Assembly (NCBI GenBank): GCA_963924565.1
Contig: OZ004607.1
Coordinates: forward strand, 35,836,001 to 35,900,000
Source: Ascidiella aspersa
Lineage: Eukaryota
Length of the DNA: 64,000 bases
Direction: 5' to 3'
Of this stretch, positions 10,251 to 24,699 are shown one piece after another (positions within the stretch are counted from its first letter, which is position 1; each line of letters opens with the position of its first letter). Position numbers and translations under genes: made by a program. Below the pieces are notes generated by a model. It searched no databases. It was not told the DNA's origin and saw nothing but the letters and a program-made list of their open reading frames with translations.

Positions 10251-12529
10251 AGGTGGGACGCAATTGTTATCAGTCCGAGTTTCTATAATTGGAGCATTAT
10301 TTAAAATGAATATATTGTGAACAACGGCGAAATACTGTAGTAAACTTTGCTAATTCTGCCAAAGGCTTATTTCAGAAAAGCGAATCCTTCAACACTCGTT
10401 TACAAGCCTGAGATAGTATTTCTTATATAGGGCGATTCTCCACAAAACGCCGCTCAACCAAAAGACAACGAAATCCATCATCGGAGGCAAAATGCGGCGC
10501 TTTGCCGAACGAATGGTTCCCAAGGTTTTGCTCCAAAGCCTTAAAAGGCATGCCAAGTTCCTTTCCACTTAAGCATTACGTAACAGGTTGAATTCTAGCC
10601 AGCTTCTCAGCGCCAGATTTTGTGTAACCCCACGGTTTACCAGCTTTGCCCGCATCCGGAATACTGGGGCAGGCGAAAGATTTGAGATTTCGCTATCGAC
10701 CGCTATTTGCGCCTCGTTTGCAGGTGCTAGCATTGTGACGAAAACTCGCTTTTGGGGCGGCGCTTTTAGCCACCGCGATCAAACAAGTCCTCAAGTTTAT
10801 CGCCCGGTTCATCTGCGCAGGTCAGAATCGCAATCGCGCCCCGATATTTTTGAACCCGAGTCCCGGATCCGCAAATACAAAAGTCAAACCCAGACCGAGG
10901 TTGTAAAATTATTTGAAGCTACATCATCACGAACATTGACGCCTTGTTGTGATTAATAACGTTCTGAACTCGCTCCCTTTTTTTACTTCTTTTTTTTTTA
11001 AGATCGGGCTGCGCAATTTAATTTATTATCGAATCGGCACCAACATCGTCCTATACTATCGATACTAAGACTTGATCTACAGTACATCTATATAGTTGTG
11101 CCTATGCCGATTCGAAAGGAATTCTTTGGAATCTAAAAAAAATAACCTTATTCGAGCTTAAAACTTTCATTTAAACGAGATTATAGGGAGATTGCAGCAG
11201 TTGGGTTGGGCAAGGCTGGCATCACCAGTAGGCATGTCCGATAATATCGGATCGTAGCCGATACCCGATACCAAGTGGTAGTATCGGTACTCGGCAGACA
11301 TTAGGGCGGTATCGGTGCCGATCCGATACCAAATTACTTTGTGCTTAACAGTCATTGTTTGCGATCGTACGTTCCATTTCCACCTATAAAGGCAAATTTT
11401 CTATAAAATATATTAGCAAATCTACTATAAATATATACAATATTATAAGAAAAAAAGGCTTTTCCAGATATATAGCGTTTTAGTCTTCGTATACCAGTTT
11501 TAAACGCTTGTTGCCATTAGTAATAGTTCATTTGTTTTTATAAAAGTTCAAAAACGCTTTCGTTTAAAGTGGACAAAGTTTGTAATCTCTCACCGAATCT
11601 AACCGAAATTTCCCGAACGCAAAGAAGGGTTGTATGGGGATGGAGGGCAGAGGGGTTCAGAGGAGTTAAGTAAAGTAGAACACGCCCTACATTTAACATA
11701 AACCTCATCAACACCATTATGCTTCTTAAAATATTAAATTAGTAAATTAGGCTAAAAAAACTCAAATATTTTCCACCCCATTGATAGAGGGGCGTGTGAT
11801 CAATTAGTTGTGGCGTCTTATCTATATTTAACATCAAGCTCGTACCGCTAAGGAAAATTAACTTTTTCGACGCAATAAGCCTCAAGCTAGCTTAAATTTT
11901 AGTCTAACTTTTAAAATAATGGAGACAAGGATTTAAACATGTCAACTCAAACTTTTCGATGAAGATTTCATCTATGGGTCTGTGAGCTGCATCGCTACAT
12001 TTACAAGCTTACTTCTTATTACTTGTATTGTTCCTAAACCTTTATAAGTTAAACCTTTATAAGTTTGTGTAGTAACATATCCTCACAAGACCAAATACGG
12101 ACGTCAGGTACTTGAAATCAAAACAGATCACATATTTTAAAGTAGGTTTTCTTTCTAATATTTGAGAAGCTGGCATGATCAATTAAGAGGATTATACTGG
12201 ATTCCAGAGTAACTGAACATACTTAAATTACTCTTTGATAATGACCCGGTAAAAATTCGCTAAATCAGTGGGGCGGTTTTCGAGCCCGAATCGTTCCACA
12301 TTAGAACGCCAGGAATGGGGCCTAGGGGGTTTTCGGGGGCGTGCCCCCTTTGACTGGCGCCGGGCGTGCAGAGCGACGATGGTTTTGCGCTCTGGCGAAC
12401 TTGAACCCGTCCAGGGTGCAAAGCGTGTACACGCTAAAAACTAGTGGAAGGCGGCATTGGCGTGTCAGCGATCGTGCTGTCACGGTTTTGCCGCTACAGC
12501 AAGAGTCAGTGGCGTATCTGTGCAACGAG

Positions 12530-12959
12530 CAGTGTTGTAAGTCCAAGTCAAGTCATTTGAATACATAACAAGTCAACTCCAAGTCATAATTAGAGAAACT
12601 CAATCTCAAGTCAAGTCCTTGTCATAAAAATTAAACGTTAAACTATTAATATTGGCAAACTCGTCCGATTATATGAGGAGTAACTCAACTAAAAATAACA
12701 CAAAACCCAACATAAGTAAAAAATTGTTTTATTTATTTTCAAGCAAATTGTTTTAAGTGCAAGATAAATAACCCAATTTTCTAATGAAAAATGCCCAATG
12801 AAAACACTTCATATCAACCCTTAAAAGATTTAAGTCAATTCGAGTCATTTTGTCCAAAGACTTGAATGAATTCGATTCATTTCGTTCAAAAGACTGTAGT
12901 CAAGTTAAGTCATTTTAAAATTTTGCGTCAAGTCATCAACTTAAGTCATTACAACAATG
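12530..12959 (+). mobile_element. hAT-type MITE, (AAGTC)n family
   Basis: CAGTGTTGTAA...TTACAACAATG TIRs; internal similarity to 17693-18120 and 51054-51463. Confidence 0.8.
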
Positions 12960-13476
12960 GTGCTGCGCTGTTGTGCAGTATTGAGCGTTAATGGCCATTA
13001 GCCGAGCACAATATACCTTTCTGTTCGCTGTTGACCTCGAAGTTTAGCTTAACGCGGTACGCATTTTCTCCCAACCTCGACCAACGCTCCAAGCCCCTTA
13101 ATTGAGATTAATCGGTTACTGGATGTTTGCATGGAATAACGTATTCCTTTTTTGGATTCATTTTGCGCGTTTTTTTTCACGCATTCGTTGGTGACGCGTT
13201 CCATTATATAACAATGTTGCGGCTACATTTTCTACTCACGTACGCTTGTCGTGATTTATATGTTCGCGGTGTTCGACTTCCTGAAAGTGCACACAAATCA
13301 TCCAGTTCAACTTTCAAGCAACCAGCCCACACTAAATGCAGTAAAAAGGCCATTAATGCATATATATATGAACTGTCCAGTAAAAGAACCCGTTTTAAAA
13401 CGGCAAAGATTCACGATACGCCGCTATGACACGGGGCACAATGGACCAGCGAAATGCAAATCTGAAACGAATAAAC

Positions 13477-13541
13477 TTTAATCAGAAAACAGCTCCTCTA
13501 TAGTTATTGTATTTCTTCTCCAGCGTTTTCGGCAACCTATA
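13477..13541 (-). mobile_element. Penelope-like family A pLTR fragment
   Basis: Reverse complement ATAGGTTGCCGAAAACG...AGAGGAGCTGTTTTCTGATT matches 6711-6770. Confidence 0.6.
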
Positions 13542-16500
13542 AATATTTTAATGAAAACTCTAAGTTTGACGTGAATAGTGCAACCTTATTCCACTCTCAT
13601 TAGATTTGCCTCTAATTAAAGAAGTTTTACTCTCATTAAAGAAGGTAAAAAATGATATTATTACCGTCGTTGAAGTTTATACTCCCTCGCACGCCAATGT
13701 TACAATCCAAAATACGTTAACAAAGAGAACTGTTATATTTTTTTTTGAGTGGTTTCACCATGTCAATTTTGGCACAATAATACAAGATGTTGTGTAACTG
13801 TCTAACGTGAACGAAGCGCTAAATAAGTGTCAGCAATCCCAATTTTTAAAATGTAAATTTTAACGTCACACTTGGCTGTTTTATGTTATCGTTACAGAGA
13901 TTGCACGAATATATAGTTGTTATATGTTAAGTCATTTTGACATAAAAGCAGTGTCGTAAATCATTTTAAGCGACTCTTCCAAACCCACTATAAAATTAAA
14001 CAATTTATCTCAATGTGTTAAGTGTTAAGTGCACATAATTAAAAGCATTGGCTAAAGTCATTACAGCACTGCATAGGAGGGCTTATTAGAATCAGTAAAG
14101 ATTGTATCACGGTTAACGAAACTGAAAAATTAATACCTATCATTTCGATGCAAAATTCCCCACAACAAATAAAAGGTTGTTCATCGAAAAATGACGTAAA
14201 TTCTGTCAAAGCGCCAAACAGCGAGTCATTGTGCTGTACAATCAACATCCTGGCTTCGGCCCGGCGCACATCAATGCCAGCAGCAATATCAGGAACCTGG
14301 CTAACCAGAAACCACCTTTCAATCGCTATCACGATAAAGCAGGACTAAGATCGATGGATACTTAACGTTGCAGGGGTTGGCGGTTGGAGCGGTGTCTCGA
14401 AAAAAATTTATATAAAGGTTTTCATTATAGAGATATCCCTATAGTGATGTGTCCATTTGTAATATAAAAGAACAAGTCCAGTATTTTTAAATAAGTTTCA
14501 AGTCAAGTCCCAGCCAAGTCAGCAGTTGTTTAAGTCAAGTCACGATTAAAGCAGGCCAAATCCAAGACTAGTATTGTCATAAAAATTTGTCTGCTATTAG
14601 CAATAACTCAACTTAAACATAAAAAAACGCAACATATATTTATGCGTTACGACGTGCAAAATTTCAGATAATATATAAAACTCTTAACCTTTGAAAAGCA
14701 GTATAATTACCTTGTCAAAACGCCCACCACACAGCCACTTTTTATTTCAATTTCGCGCGCATCACTCTTGTGACGTAACAAACGGAAATAGCGGGCCTGC
14801 TGAAACAACAGATCGCCAAAGTCGAACTCGCGTCATATAGCCACCAGCTGACGTGAACTGCTGAAAGCTGGATTCTCGGTACATTTTCGTCTCTACAGAG
14901 GCCCTTGACATTTACCGCGAGGCTGGTTATGACACTTAAGGAGGAATGTTTCGACGCAGAGGCTCTCGATTTTTTTTCACTTTTGCGAGCATCCGCCGTT
15001 GTGCGGTTTTCCGCGCCCCTGTTATGACAAAAATATGGGAAATTCTCAACGCCACTTTCGGTTGTTCCTTAAGCCAGAAGTTCCCAATCTGAGGGGTTGC
15101 GACCCTATGGGTTCGCACAACAAGATTCCGAGTAACAAGTACAGGCCCACATCAACGTACTACAAGTTGGACATCTACTAACTTCAACTTCTTATTACTT
15201 TTTCCATTTAAATGTCAAAACTAATGGAAAAGCAATTTTCATCTGTGTTGTAGATTACAACTATGTAGAAGAGCGGCAATTATATGGACCATGTTTTTAA
15301 TTGCAAAACGTCGCACAACGCTTCACATTGACAGGAGACGTAGACGGGAAAGTTCGCCATAAACTGGCCTGAGCGGTACAGTGAGTCCACAATTAGCAAC
15401 CCAGACGAATAAAAGATACAGGAACTAACTCAATAAAAGTGATAAAACACACACCCCTATTTCTATACCACGCTAAGATTAAGATTTTATGCCGGACACT
15501 GTTATTTTAAGCATTAAACTTCAGCCCTCTTGGCGGTCAAACTTGTAGGCCTACTCGCCTTTATTTGTGCATTGGGTTCTTACATAGTACAGTAATGTAT
15601 ATATATTTGGACTGAAAGCATTTTCGTAGTGTTCGGAAAAGCATCCGAACTATGCTTGAGGCAAAACCGCGCCTCAATCTTTGGGCGTTTTAAGGACCAG
15701 AGATTACGGGGGAGTTGGTATTTGGCCGCAGACGCCAGAATTCGGGGTGACACAAGTGTGATCGAAGCAAAAAATGTGGACTCCTACCATGACGAATTGC
15801 ACCCATTAACTGCTGCTAATAATAACTAAAGAGGGTTTTTTCAGTCGGGTAGTTTTCGAGAAAATTAGGACGAGCTCGGGCTCGAATTCTCCCTCTGCCC
15901 AAATTCCCTTGTCATTTTCACCACCAAAGAGCATTCGCATGGGGTCGTGGAAAACCACCGAAAGCAAATTAATACCGAAAAAAATTTGTGGAAGACCCAG
16001 TCACAGACTTCATTGTACAGACGTGACAGAGCCAAGATCCTTAATATATATATTTAAGTCTAAGATGATTTCAACTTTATTTTTAGGCTCGTACTTTAGG
16101 TCAAACTCCAGAAATCGTGTAAGTTGAAAAGTTCCCTTTTGTTGTCTTAAAGTGGCGCTAATGTATGATTTTTCTCATATTGTAAGAAATAATCATTAGC
16201 TGCTTGCATATTGCAAGCCTTATCCAATATTGAAGTGCTCTCTCCTAATATTTCGGTTATTTTCAACCACGCGATGTTTAAGCGCGTGTTTTAGATTCCA
16301 GAATTTTCTCAGCAGTCAGAAAAAGACAAAAGCTACATCCTAAAGAAAAATATCCATGTTACACGATGTTTAGGGAAGTGTAGCCGACTTATGTTTGATT
16401 GCGATCGACTGAAATATTTTTTTAGAGACTCTCGATCGACTGGTTCGGTACAAAAAGTCGCAAAAACACTTATTAAACATGTTGATCGTTAATTTCAATC

Positions 16501-17274
16501 TCAGCCAGCGATGGGGGATAATTTTTTACGTCAAAGAACGCGTTATTAGACTTGTGCAGACAACAATTGGTCATTTTAATGTTCCGCTTGTGTACTGTAA
16601 TGACGTAACACATATTCGACGCGATCGATCAGGTGGAATGTGGCGATCGAATTTGAAACCCTAATTCTAACCCTAAACAAATGGTCGCCGTTGTGTATAT
16701 CTGGTGCTTTCATATTACAAGCCTCATCCAATAATGAAGTGCCTTACACATGTGTTTGTAATCCCCGAATTTTTCCAGCAGTCAGCAAAAAGCACAAAAA
16801 CGCTATTCTGCTGAAAAAGAGTCACGTGTTTTGGCTAATCAAAATCCATCACGTATGTCACTTTTAACTGGTTTTGATTTAATCGGGAAAAATAAGTTTG
16901 AGTAAAATGGTTCTTTTGAAACAATGTGGTACGCAAAGACAGAAAAATTCTGTGTTTTCTCAACCATAACCACGTGGCGGTGTTCTGTAGGCCACAAATA
17001 TGTGTTATTTCAATTTTAAGTAAGTAGAACTTAAATTTATGGTTTAAAATCCGGTTGTGCTTTCGTCAGTTGAGGTTGAAGAAGCCATGTGACACAATGT
17101 CTTGGCTTTTAACGAAAGCTCTTTCTATGCCGGACGGCATTCGTTTGCAAGCTTCAAGCTCCGAGAGACACTTAACCATTGCCGCTTCAGCTAAACCCGG
17201 CGATCCGTCGAAAAGTCAACGACGTCTCGTGAGCGCGAATATCCATCGCTCTCGCCGTGCTTCTCGACGCCTTC

Positions 17275-17342
17275 TGTGACGTCACACTCGCGGTTATAAA
17301 TAGGCGTCTCGCCGCCCCAGCTGCGAACTCAGGAATGGCGGC
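17275..17342 (+). promoter_or_regulatory. Candidate promoter/enhancer: CRE + MEF2/TATA + E-box + TEAD/YY1-like sites
   Basis: TGTGACGTCACA (17275-86), TTATAAATAG (17294-303), CAGCTG (17318-23), GGAATGGCGGC (17332-42) in a CpG-rich patch. Confidence 0.45.
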
Positions 17343-17692
17343 CGTCGTTTGGTTGTTGCCCCCAGCTCGTGTGTATTTTATCCATTTCTCGGTCGAGTGG
17401 AATGCGAGAGAGAAGTAATAACTTATCGCAGTGGCTGTTTCATCTTGACAGGTCGAAAGCGATAGGCAACTTTCCCCCTTTCCCAGTGATAACTTACTCT
17501 CTCACGCAAGGCTCAAAGGTTAATTATACAAAAAAACGTGTCGTCGATATTTTTTATCCGCAGCCCTGTTCAAATTTGGGTTAAACAGTGGCGATTCACA
17601 GATTTTTGTTACATAATAAGAAACGGTCAGCCTTACACACTTCCAGGCCAGTAATTTCGGTTTAAACGTAGCTCTTACTACGCGCAAGAAAT

Positions 17693-18120
17693 CAGTTTTG
17701 TAATGACTTAAATCAATGACTTAACTTAAGTGCACTCGTTTTGGGCAAAATGACTTGACTTGACTAATATTTTTTTTGGACTGATGACTTGACTAAGTCT
17801 TTTGGACAAATGACTTAGGTTGAAATGAAGTGTTTGCTTGTTGTAGAATTTGGTCATTTATCTTAATTTGTGCATATAAAACAATAGGCTTGCTATATGT
17901 TGCGTTTTGTGTTATTTTTTAGTTGAGTTATTGCTCAAAATCGGACGAATTTACCAACTTTAGCAGTTCAACGTTTAATTTTCATAACATGGAGTTGGCT
18001 TGGAAATTGATCTGCTCTAATTGTTACTTAACTGGAACTTGGACTAGGATCCCCTTTTATTTATTCAAAATGACTTGACTGGGACCTAAGTCATTTTTAA
18101 ATGACTTGTTTATAACACTG
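17693..18120 (-). mobile_element. hAT-type MITE, (AAGTC)n family, intact
   Basis: CAGTTTTGTAA...TTATAACACTG TIRs and perfect 8-bp TSD CAAGAAAT (17685-92, 18121-28). Confidence 0.88.
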
Positions 18121-20725
18121 CAAGAAATTGTTCGGCAAACCTTTGCAAACATCCTATTGTTGCGTACGTTGAGCGAACTGCCAGGACCAATCATGCGGCC
18201 AGAGTCCCCAAACCTTGTCCGTAAAGGTTATTCGTTGTAATGCCTGAGATATACCCATTACCCATGTGGTTCTTAACAGTATTACCAAGACATTTTACCA
18301 CAAGATGCTGTCTACATTATAGGTCCGTTCGCAAAATAACAGACAAATGACAACTGCCACCGGCGTTTTTTTAGATGTTTATAAGCATTGGGTCACTTTT
18401 GTTTTGTTTTACCCTTAATTAATTATAGGTTTTTGTTTTTCTATGGGATAAAATCTATCATTCTTAGAGCAGGGGTAACCTCACTAAACTGAAAGTAAAA
18501 AACAGAGCACCATATAGCCGCAATCGCTCGGATTCGAAACCATCGGCGTCCATTGGGCGTCGTTTTACTTTGGCCCAGCTTTTCGATCAAAAAGCGCCGC
18601 GAATATACCGTGAGAAGATCCTATTAAGCTGGCGCGCGCGCGTGTCCTGGGCTTGGCGGGGGGCAATCGAGCGGGTGATAGTGGGCTGAAGTTGATACAG
18701 TATCGGTGCGCGATAGAATGTCGCATCGCGGTCGTTTGTTCAGGCGACAATGGACTTGCGTGCCAGCGGAGCCGGGGACGGTTTTTCGAGGCCAGAAGGC
18801 CAGCAGTCGGTTCTCGGTTTGAGAGCGTAGGCGGTTACCCCTTGTCATTTCTTTTTCGAGCAGTTGGCCCTGATTTTATCACGTTACATGTGGTGTTTTT
18901 TGTCGCTAGAACGTGTCCCGTCAGCTGCTTGGACCCTAACTTCAAAGCGACGCCTTTTTCGGTAGAGGTTGGACGTTCGCCCGCAAAACCGCGATTAGGT
19001 ATGACTTGCTGATTCGGACTTTTTTCGGTCACTAAACTTTACAAGGCCATACTGCTGCAAATTTAACGTATAAAGTTTAGATCGTTTTGACGACCATATG
19101 CGGACCCGACTTTTCGAAAAAACATACTTGTTACCGGTCAGGCCTAACGGCAAAAAATATTTTTTTTTACCGAAACGTCGTTTTAAATTTTAACAAAAAT
19201 AACACCCAAAATAATACGGCAATGACAACTAAGCTGTTATGTTTAAGTTCTACCCAAATACCCACCCAAGTAATTAGTCGCTTAAGTCAAATAAAAATCC
19301 AGAAATAGCCAGTCAGACCATCGCCATCATAAACAAACATTTAAACATTAAATTCGAAATTGTCCGACTCATTTTAACGTTAAAGAAGTTATTTGCGCAA
19401 AAAAACGGCAAACAAAGAGCGAGCACCGTTTAAAGTGCATTCAAGTAAAGTTACTGTATAGATTACTGAATTCATGACAACATCAGTGCGTTTTGTAGCA
19501 CCGATTATTTTATCCGAGTGATATAGTAATTCACGTCTCTGCTTCTTTTTTAGACGTTGGCCGCTTTTCATTGTTTTACGTATATTATTGTTTTACTTAC
19601 GGTTCGCTTATATAAACACAGTTTTAGCACACTTTTTCGTGTAGCGCTTGGCATCCGACAGCCGTTAAGCAGGGACCCTGCAGTTTGGCGTAGGTAACAC
19701 GTTAACCATAGCTGCACCCACCGAGACTCGTGACTGCGCCGTTTCCGCACTGCGACGCCCATACAAGGGTCAATATTCGACCCAAGATCGTAACGACCAC
19801 TCAACTTCAACTTTTACGATCTTTTAAGCGATGTTTACCTGGGTTACGCCTAATGTGCTTTGTTGGGTTGGATCTCAGTACACGAGTGCAGGGTTATATA
19901 TGTTTATTTTTTAACTAAGAGAACGTAAGGAAAAGTAAAGAAAGCAGTTAAGGTTTGTGGCTCAATTCTTCCCATTGGCCAAGGAGAGGCCGGAAATTTC
20001 TAAGCAAAGTCAGTAGTGGTGTGATCCCAGTCCTCTGACAACCTGTCTCCACTAGGGAGCAGGTGCCGCCACGGAGGTAGGGTCCGAGTGGTAAACTGCG
20101 CAAGGCAGAAGGTTAACATTTTAACCTTTTGTTTGTGGTGGTAGTATAGGTAATTACTAAGTAGTAGGTATGTTTAGTTATTTTAATATTACGTTATACT
20201 CCCCCCCCCAAAAAAAAAAATCAGGTTTTCCTAGGAAAAAGGCAGGATTCTACTGAATCGTGCAAGAATCCACAAGGAGAAAACTTTCCTTATTCAAATA
20301 GAAAATATATGGTTCGGCTACTTTAGGCGTGTACCGCATACGGGTATGGGCTTTAAAGCTCGATTAAAACCCATTCGACCTCTTTTAATGGGATTCGAAC
20401 AATAACTTTGCGTCCGCGTCGATAAAGATGGTAAAGATTTTTACAGACCCTCTGTACACGCTGACAAATTCCAGAGAAGGGTGTCAAAGGGCATTTTTTT
20501 AAAGTGCTAATGAAACAGCAGGTTTATTTTGTTTGTTAACCTTTCTTGCGAGTTGAGTTTCCGTGTTGATATACTTCTAAGCAAACAGTTCTTAACTTTT
20601 TTATTGGATATTTTTGTTCGCGTGGACCACAGTCGACAAAAAAATTTGACAAATTACGTCAAAAATTTAAATGCGTTTTTTTAATTCGACCAGTGGTTCT
20701 AAAACTGGGATCCGCGGTCCGTTTG

Positions 20726-21188
20726 GAGCCGAACCGGAACCGTTTTATGTAAAACTGTAAGAAGCCGAACCGGAACTGAACCGAATATTTTGAAATAACC
20801 TGTACCTAAACCGAATCCAAACCGTTCAACAAAAGCGGTTCACTCCAGGATGACGTCACAACCACTATTTTGCAGAGTCAAGTTATGCTATGTGTGGAAT
20901 TTTATCAAAATAAATTAATACCGATTCAAGAAAACGTTGATTTTCAATTTTCAGATATTTCAATAGCGAGTAGCTTTTTTTGCGTCACGTAACTTTTTAC
21001 ATTTTATGACCCAGATTTTCATCTTATATTGCACCCGAACCGGAACTTTATAAACCGGTTTTAAAAATAAATTAATAAAGGAACATTTAAAATGCTCAAA
21101 ACCGAAACCGGAACTGAACCGGATTGCGAAAAAATCGTTGAACCTGAACCGAACCTGAACCGGAAAAGTCAAACGGTTCGACTCCCTG
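20726..21188. mobile_element. hAT-type MITE with (GAACC)n subterminal arrays
   Basis: GGAGCCGAACCGG...CGGTTCGACTCCCTG ends; follows a CAGTGGTTCT-type terminus at ~20692. Confidence 0.7.
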
Positions 21189-24100
21189 CTTTCAAGTATA
21201 AATAGACCTATAAACAGCACGTGTATTGCTATTGGTAGCCATGATGCAGCAAGTGTCAAATTGTACCAATTATCTTTGCTCTTTGTTAAGGCCAGTGGCT
21301 GTACTAGGATATAACTTGTTGTGTTAATAATCTGTTCTATGAGTTGCGTTGCTATTTTAAAAAAGACTGAATTTATCAGAAACTATATTCGATTTTTATT
21401 ATTTGTTATTTGTTTTGTTACTGTAGCATTCAGTCTTGGTTTGTTTGGAACGCTGGTATATAAATGTGCCTCTCCTGAAGTCAATTAGGTAATGTATTTG
21501 TATTTCTTGTTCAAGCGCCCATCTTTACAGCACTTTCGGAACAAGCACCTCTCACATCGTTTAGCTTTGCTATGATTGTTATGACGCGCTTTTTGTCGGA
21601 TACCCTGAACAACCGATTGCTATTTTGCTTTTGCTTTAGCGCCGGGCGTCGCATTAATGAAGAGCAAACCAAACAAAACGACATTTGTTGACAACGCATT
21701 TCGTATCTAACTGTCAATAAAGATGTCGCATATGTCGTAATGAGGACGAAGATACATAAACAACATAATAAAACGCCCACATTTTTTCCTAACGGCACGT
21801 ACATTAAAGATTGCTTTGGCTCGTAAAGATTTCGCTTGAAGGAGGATATTAATAGACCAGTCGTTTTAAATGTAAACCGACCTGTTGTTACGTCATAAAG
21901 CCCATTAAGAGCCATTGCGCAGACTTTGAGTAAATAGAAAATTTTCAGTTGTTAAAATTAGATTTTAAACTGAAACTAGAGCGTTCGGGATTTTTAAAAT
22001 AGAACTAGAACTATATATTTTTTGCGAAAACTAGAAATTGGGCTAAAATCGAACCTTTTGTCAATTTAAAGTTAATTTAATTAAAACGAATTAAAATTTT
22101 TGACATACGAATATGAATAGTAAAGATTCGTACGCCAATATTGACACATTTTAGCCTGTAGAATTCACCGAGAAACTAAAATAACGTTGGTCAAAGTTTA
22201 GTTTTCTGTAAATTTTGGATTAGATAAGATTCATCAGAACTAAAATAAGAACACATAAACATTTCATTTCACTAATGAGATTAAAATTATTACAAATTAG
22301 ATTAAAATTGTTACAAATTAGTTATTTATTAAACCATGTATGCTGTTGTATGCGTATTAGGTAAAAAAATTGACGTTTACAAATGGGCTTCTTATGAAAG
22401 GTGCGTAACGCCGCTTTGTAAGCTGCGGTGACGAAAAATGAGCGGTCCAAAAAAACAATTCGGCGAATTCTACTTTCCCAGTTGAAAGGGATGGAATCTG
22501 AATGATCGAATGACATTCTGGAAAAGCGTTGATTGACGGACGTGTGCAAAAGACCAAAGCGGGATTTAGCTGGAATTCCAAGTTTCTTGTATCAATATAG
22601 CGCTCTGCCCGTAGCCTTGGCAAATACGTTGGACGGCTGTTCGTCATTTTTTTTCGACTTTTATGGATTGCGTGTTAGAGATAAACAACAAGTGGATACC
22701 GGTTCCCACCATCGCTTCTGATCACGTGGTTTGGCCGATGTGATGATTGTTTTGTTGACAGAGATTGGAAAAGCAGGAATGATTCAGTTGGCCAATAAAA
22801 CATTATATTCCCACGCAACAGCCGAGTGATGTAATTTTTAATGGCTTTGACCGCATGCTTTTTATGTTTCACCTTGGCGTTGAAGCAGAGCAGTGGGTTA
22901 TGACCCAGGGTCGCCTGATTATTTTGGAGGGTCGCTTGTTTTTCAGGCATATTTTATCGTTTCACAAAATATGAAAACTAAACAGCGAAACTGGCTGGAA
23001 GTTAAAGCTGACATGCGTGACTCTATATGCTCAAGCAAATAACGCCTCGATTTCAAAAATTCACTGAGAGCAAGCGAGCACAATTATCTCATTAGTAAAT
23101 TAATAAACATATTATTTTCGGAAAAAGTAACTGCTTTTGTAGTGCAGTTTGTTTGCAATGCAATCTTGTATTTTCTTGGGTCGCAAGATAATACAAAATT
23201 ATTATTTTTTTTAAATGGGTCGCCTTAAAAACGTGTTGGGAACCACTTCCCTAGAGCATCGACCTTTTTCGGCTTGGTGAACCCTTAAAGTTGTTGTGAC
23301 AAATTTATGCATCCTGTTTACTTGAAAGGTAAACTGAAGTAAAAAGCGATATGAAAAATCATTATGCTTATCAATTTTATCAATATCATTATGTCAATTA
23401 AATCGAGCGCAGCTGCCGAAGGTTTACACACTGTCGGTGAGAGTTCGATTATGACTGCAGGCTGCTCGCGAGTACTATTGCATGTCATAAAACAGAATTC
23501 AATGTCAAATATTAATGGTTCTTTAAATTTTTGTTATGCACATTTGTATACCTTTTCCTACTGGTGCACCCCGGTTTAAGCGTATTTTTGCTAGAGTATC
23601 AATTAAAAATACACCAGAATTAATTGCTAAGGCCATAAAATTTCTCTGGTGTTTTATTCCGCAAAGGCTACATTAGAACTGTTTAACCCTTATGTAATTC
23701 TACTGAAGTAGAACAACTTTATTTGTCTACGGTCGCCATTCAAAACTCAAATATTTTAGCAATTAAGGTTTTTTGTAAACTACATTTTTACTTTTAGTTT
23801 GGAGTTTATTGATTGCAGGTATAATGGAATTAAAGTAGAGTCATCGTATAGTTGGTTGCCGAAAGTTTTTGGATATAAACCCAAACTAAACTTTGATTAA
23901 ATTGTACATTAAACGACAAATTCACAACACAGCTTATAACTATTTTATTGTCAAATTATACTTTATTGTTCCCAATTTAATACTTGATGAAGACGATATT
24001 GGTCAAAGGTCTTAGATCCCAATCAACACGTTCTACTGTTAAACCGTATCAACCTTACGACAAATCCTGTAATTACAAACCTTATAGACAGAGTTAAAAT

Positions 24101-24699
24101 CACGACCATTTTTAAATAAAATATTTCACAATAATCTGGTGGTAAATCGGAAAACAGATTTATCCAAAGATATAAGGCCAACGGTCAAGGGAAATCGGCC
24201 AGTAAACACAACAAAGTGGTATAGTGTGTCGACTGAGATTGCTGAGAATGTTTTGATATGGATGCGCAGTGCTTCACATATTCTGATGAGAAACAGTGGA
24301 CTTGAGATTCGAATTTCTCCCGCCAAAGCAAACAACGCGTTTTTGTGAGTTTCATGGACGGTTTGGGCTGTGAAAATGATGCCGAAATACCTTTAGCTAA
24401 TTTCGTTTATATTGTACGGGATTGAACTAAATCAAATATGTATTTGTTACGTTAAACTATTCCAGAACTCCACTTCACGGCCTGCCGACTGCCAAGCGCT
24501 ACAACGCGTGTCTTTTAATTGTATTAAAATAAGCGACAGTAAAATGATAAAACACTAAAACAACGAAAAGCGGCCAACGCCTAAAAAGGTGACAGAAACG
24601 TCAATTCCCAGGGTTTCTATAATGATTCTCAAGCTAGCCCCAAAACACGACTGCCGACATTGGATTTCGGGTACTCCAACTACAACAACGAGAGAAAAA

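Noticed and set aside
19925-20115. SINE with a (TTTCCTTAC)n-type tail; similar tail at ~8810-8830
   Set aside because: Only the tail-like repeat is evident; I could not establish a Pol III head, TSD or clear body homology.
23983-24015. Further hammerhead-like strings (TTGATGAAGAC..GTCAAAGGTC; also CTGATGA..CGAAA at ~58160)
   Set aside because: Single copies with several core mismatches and no clear stem I; cannot be told from chance.
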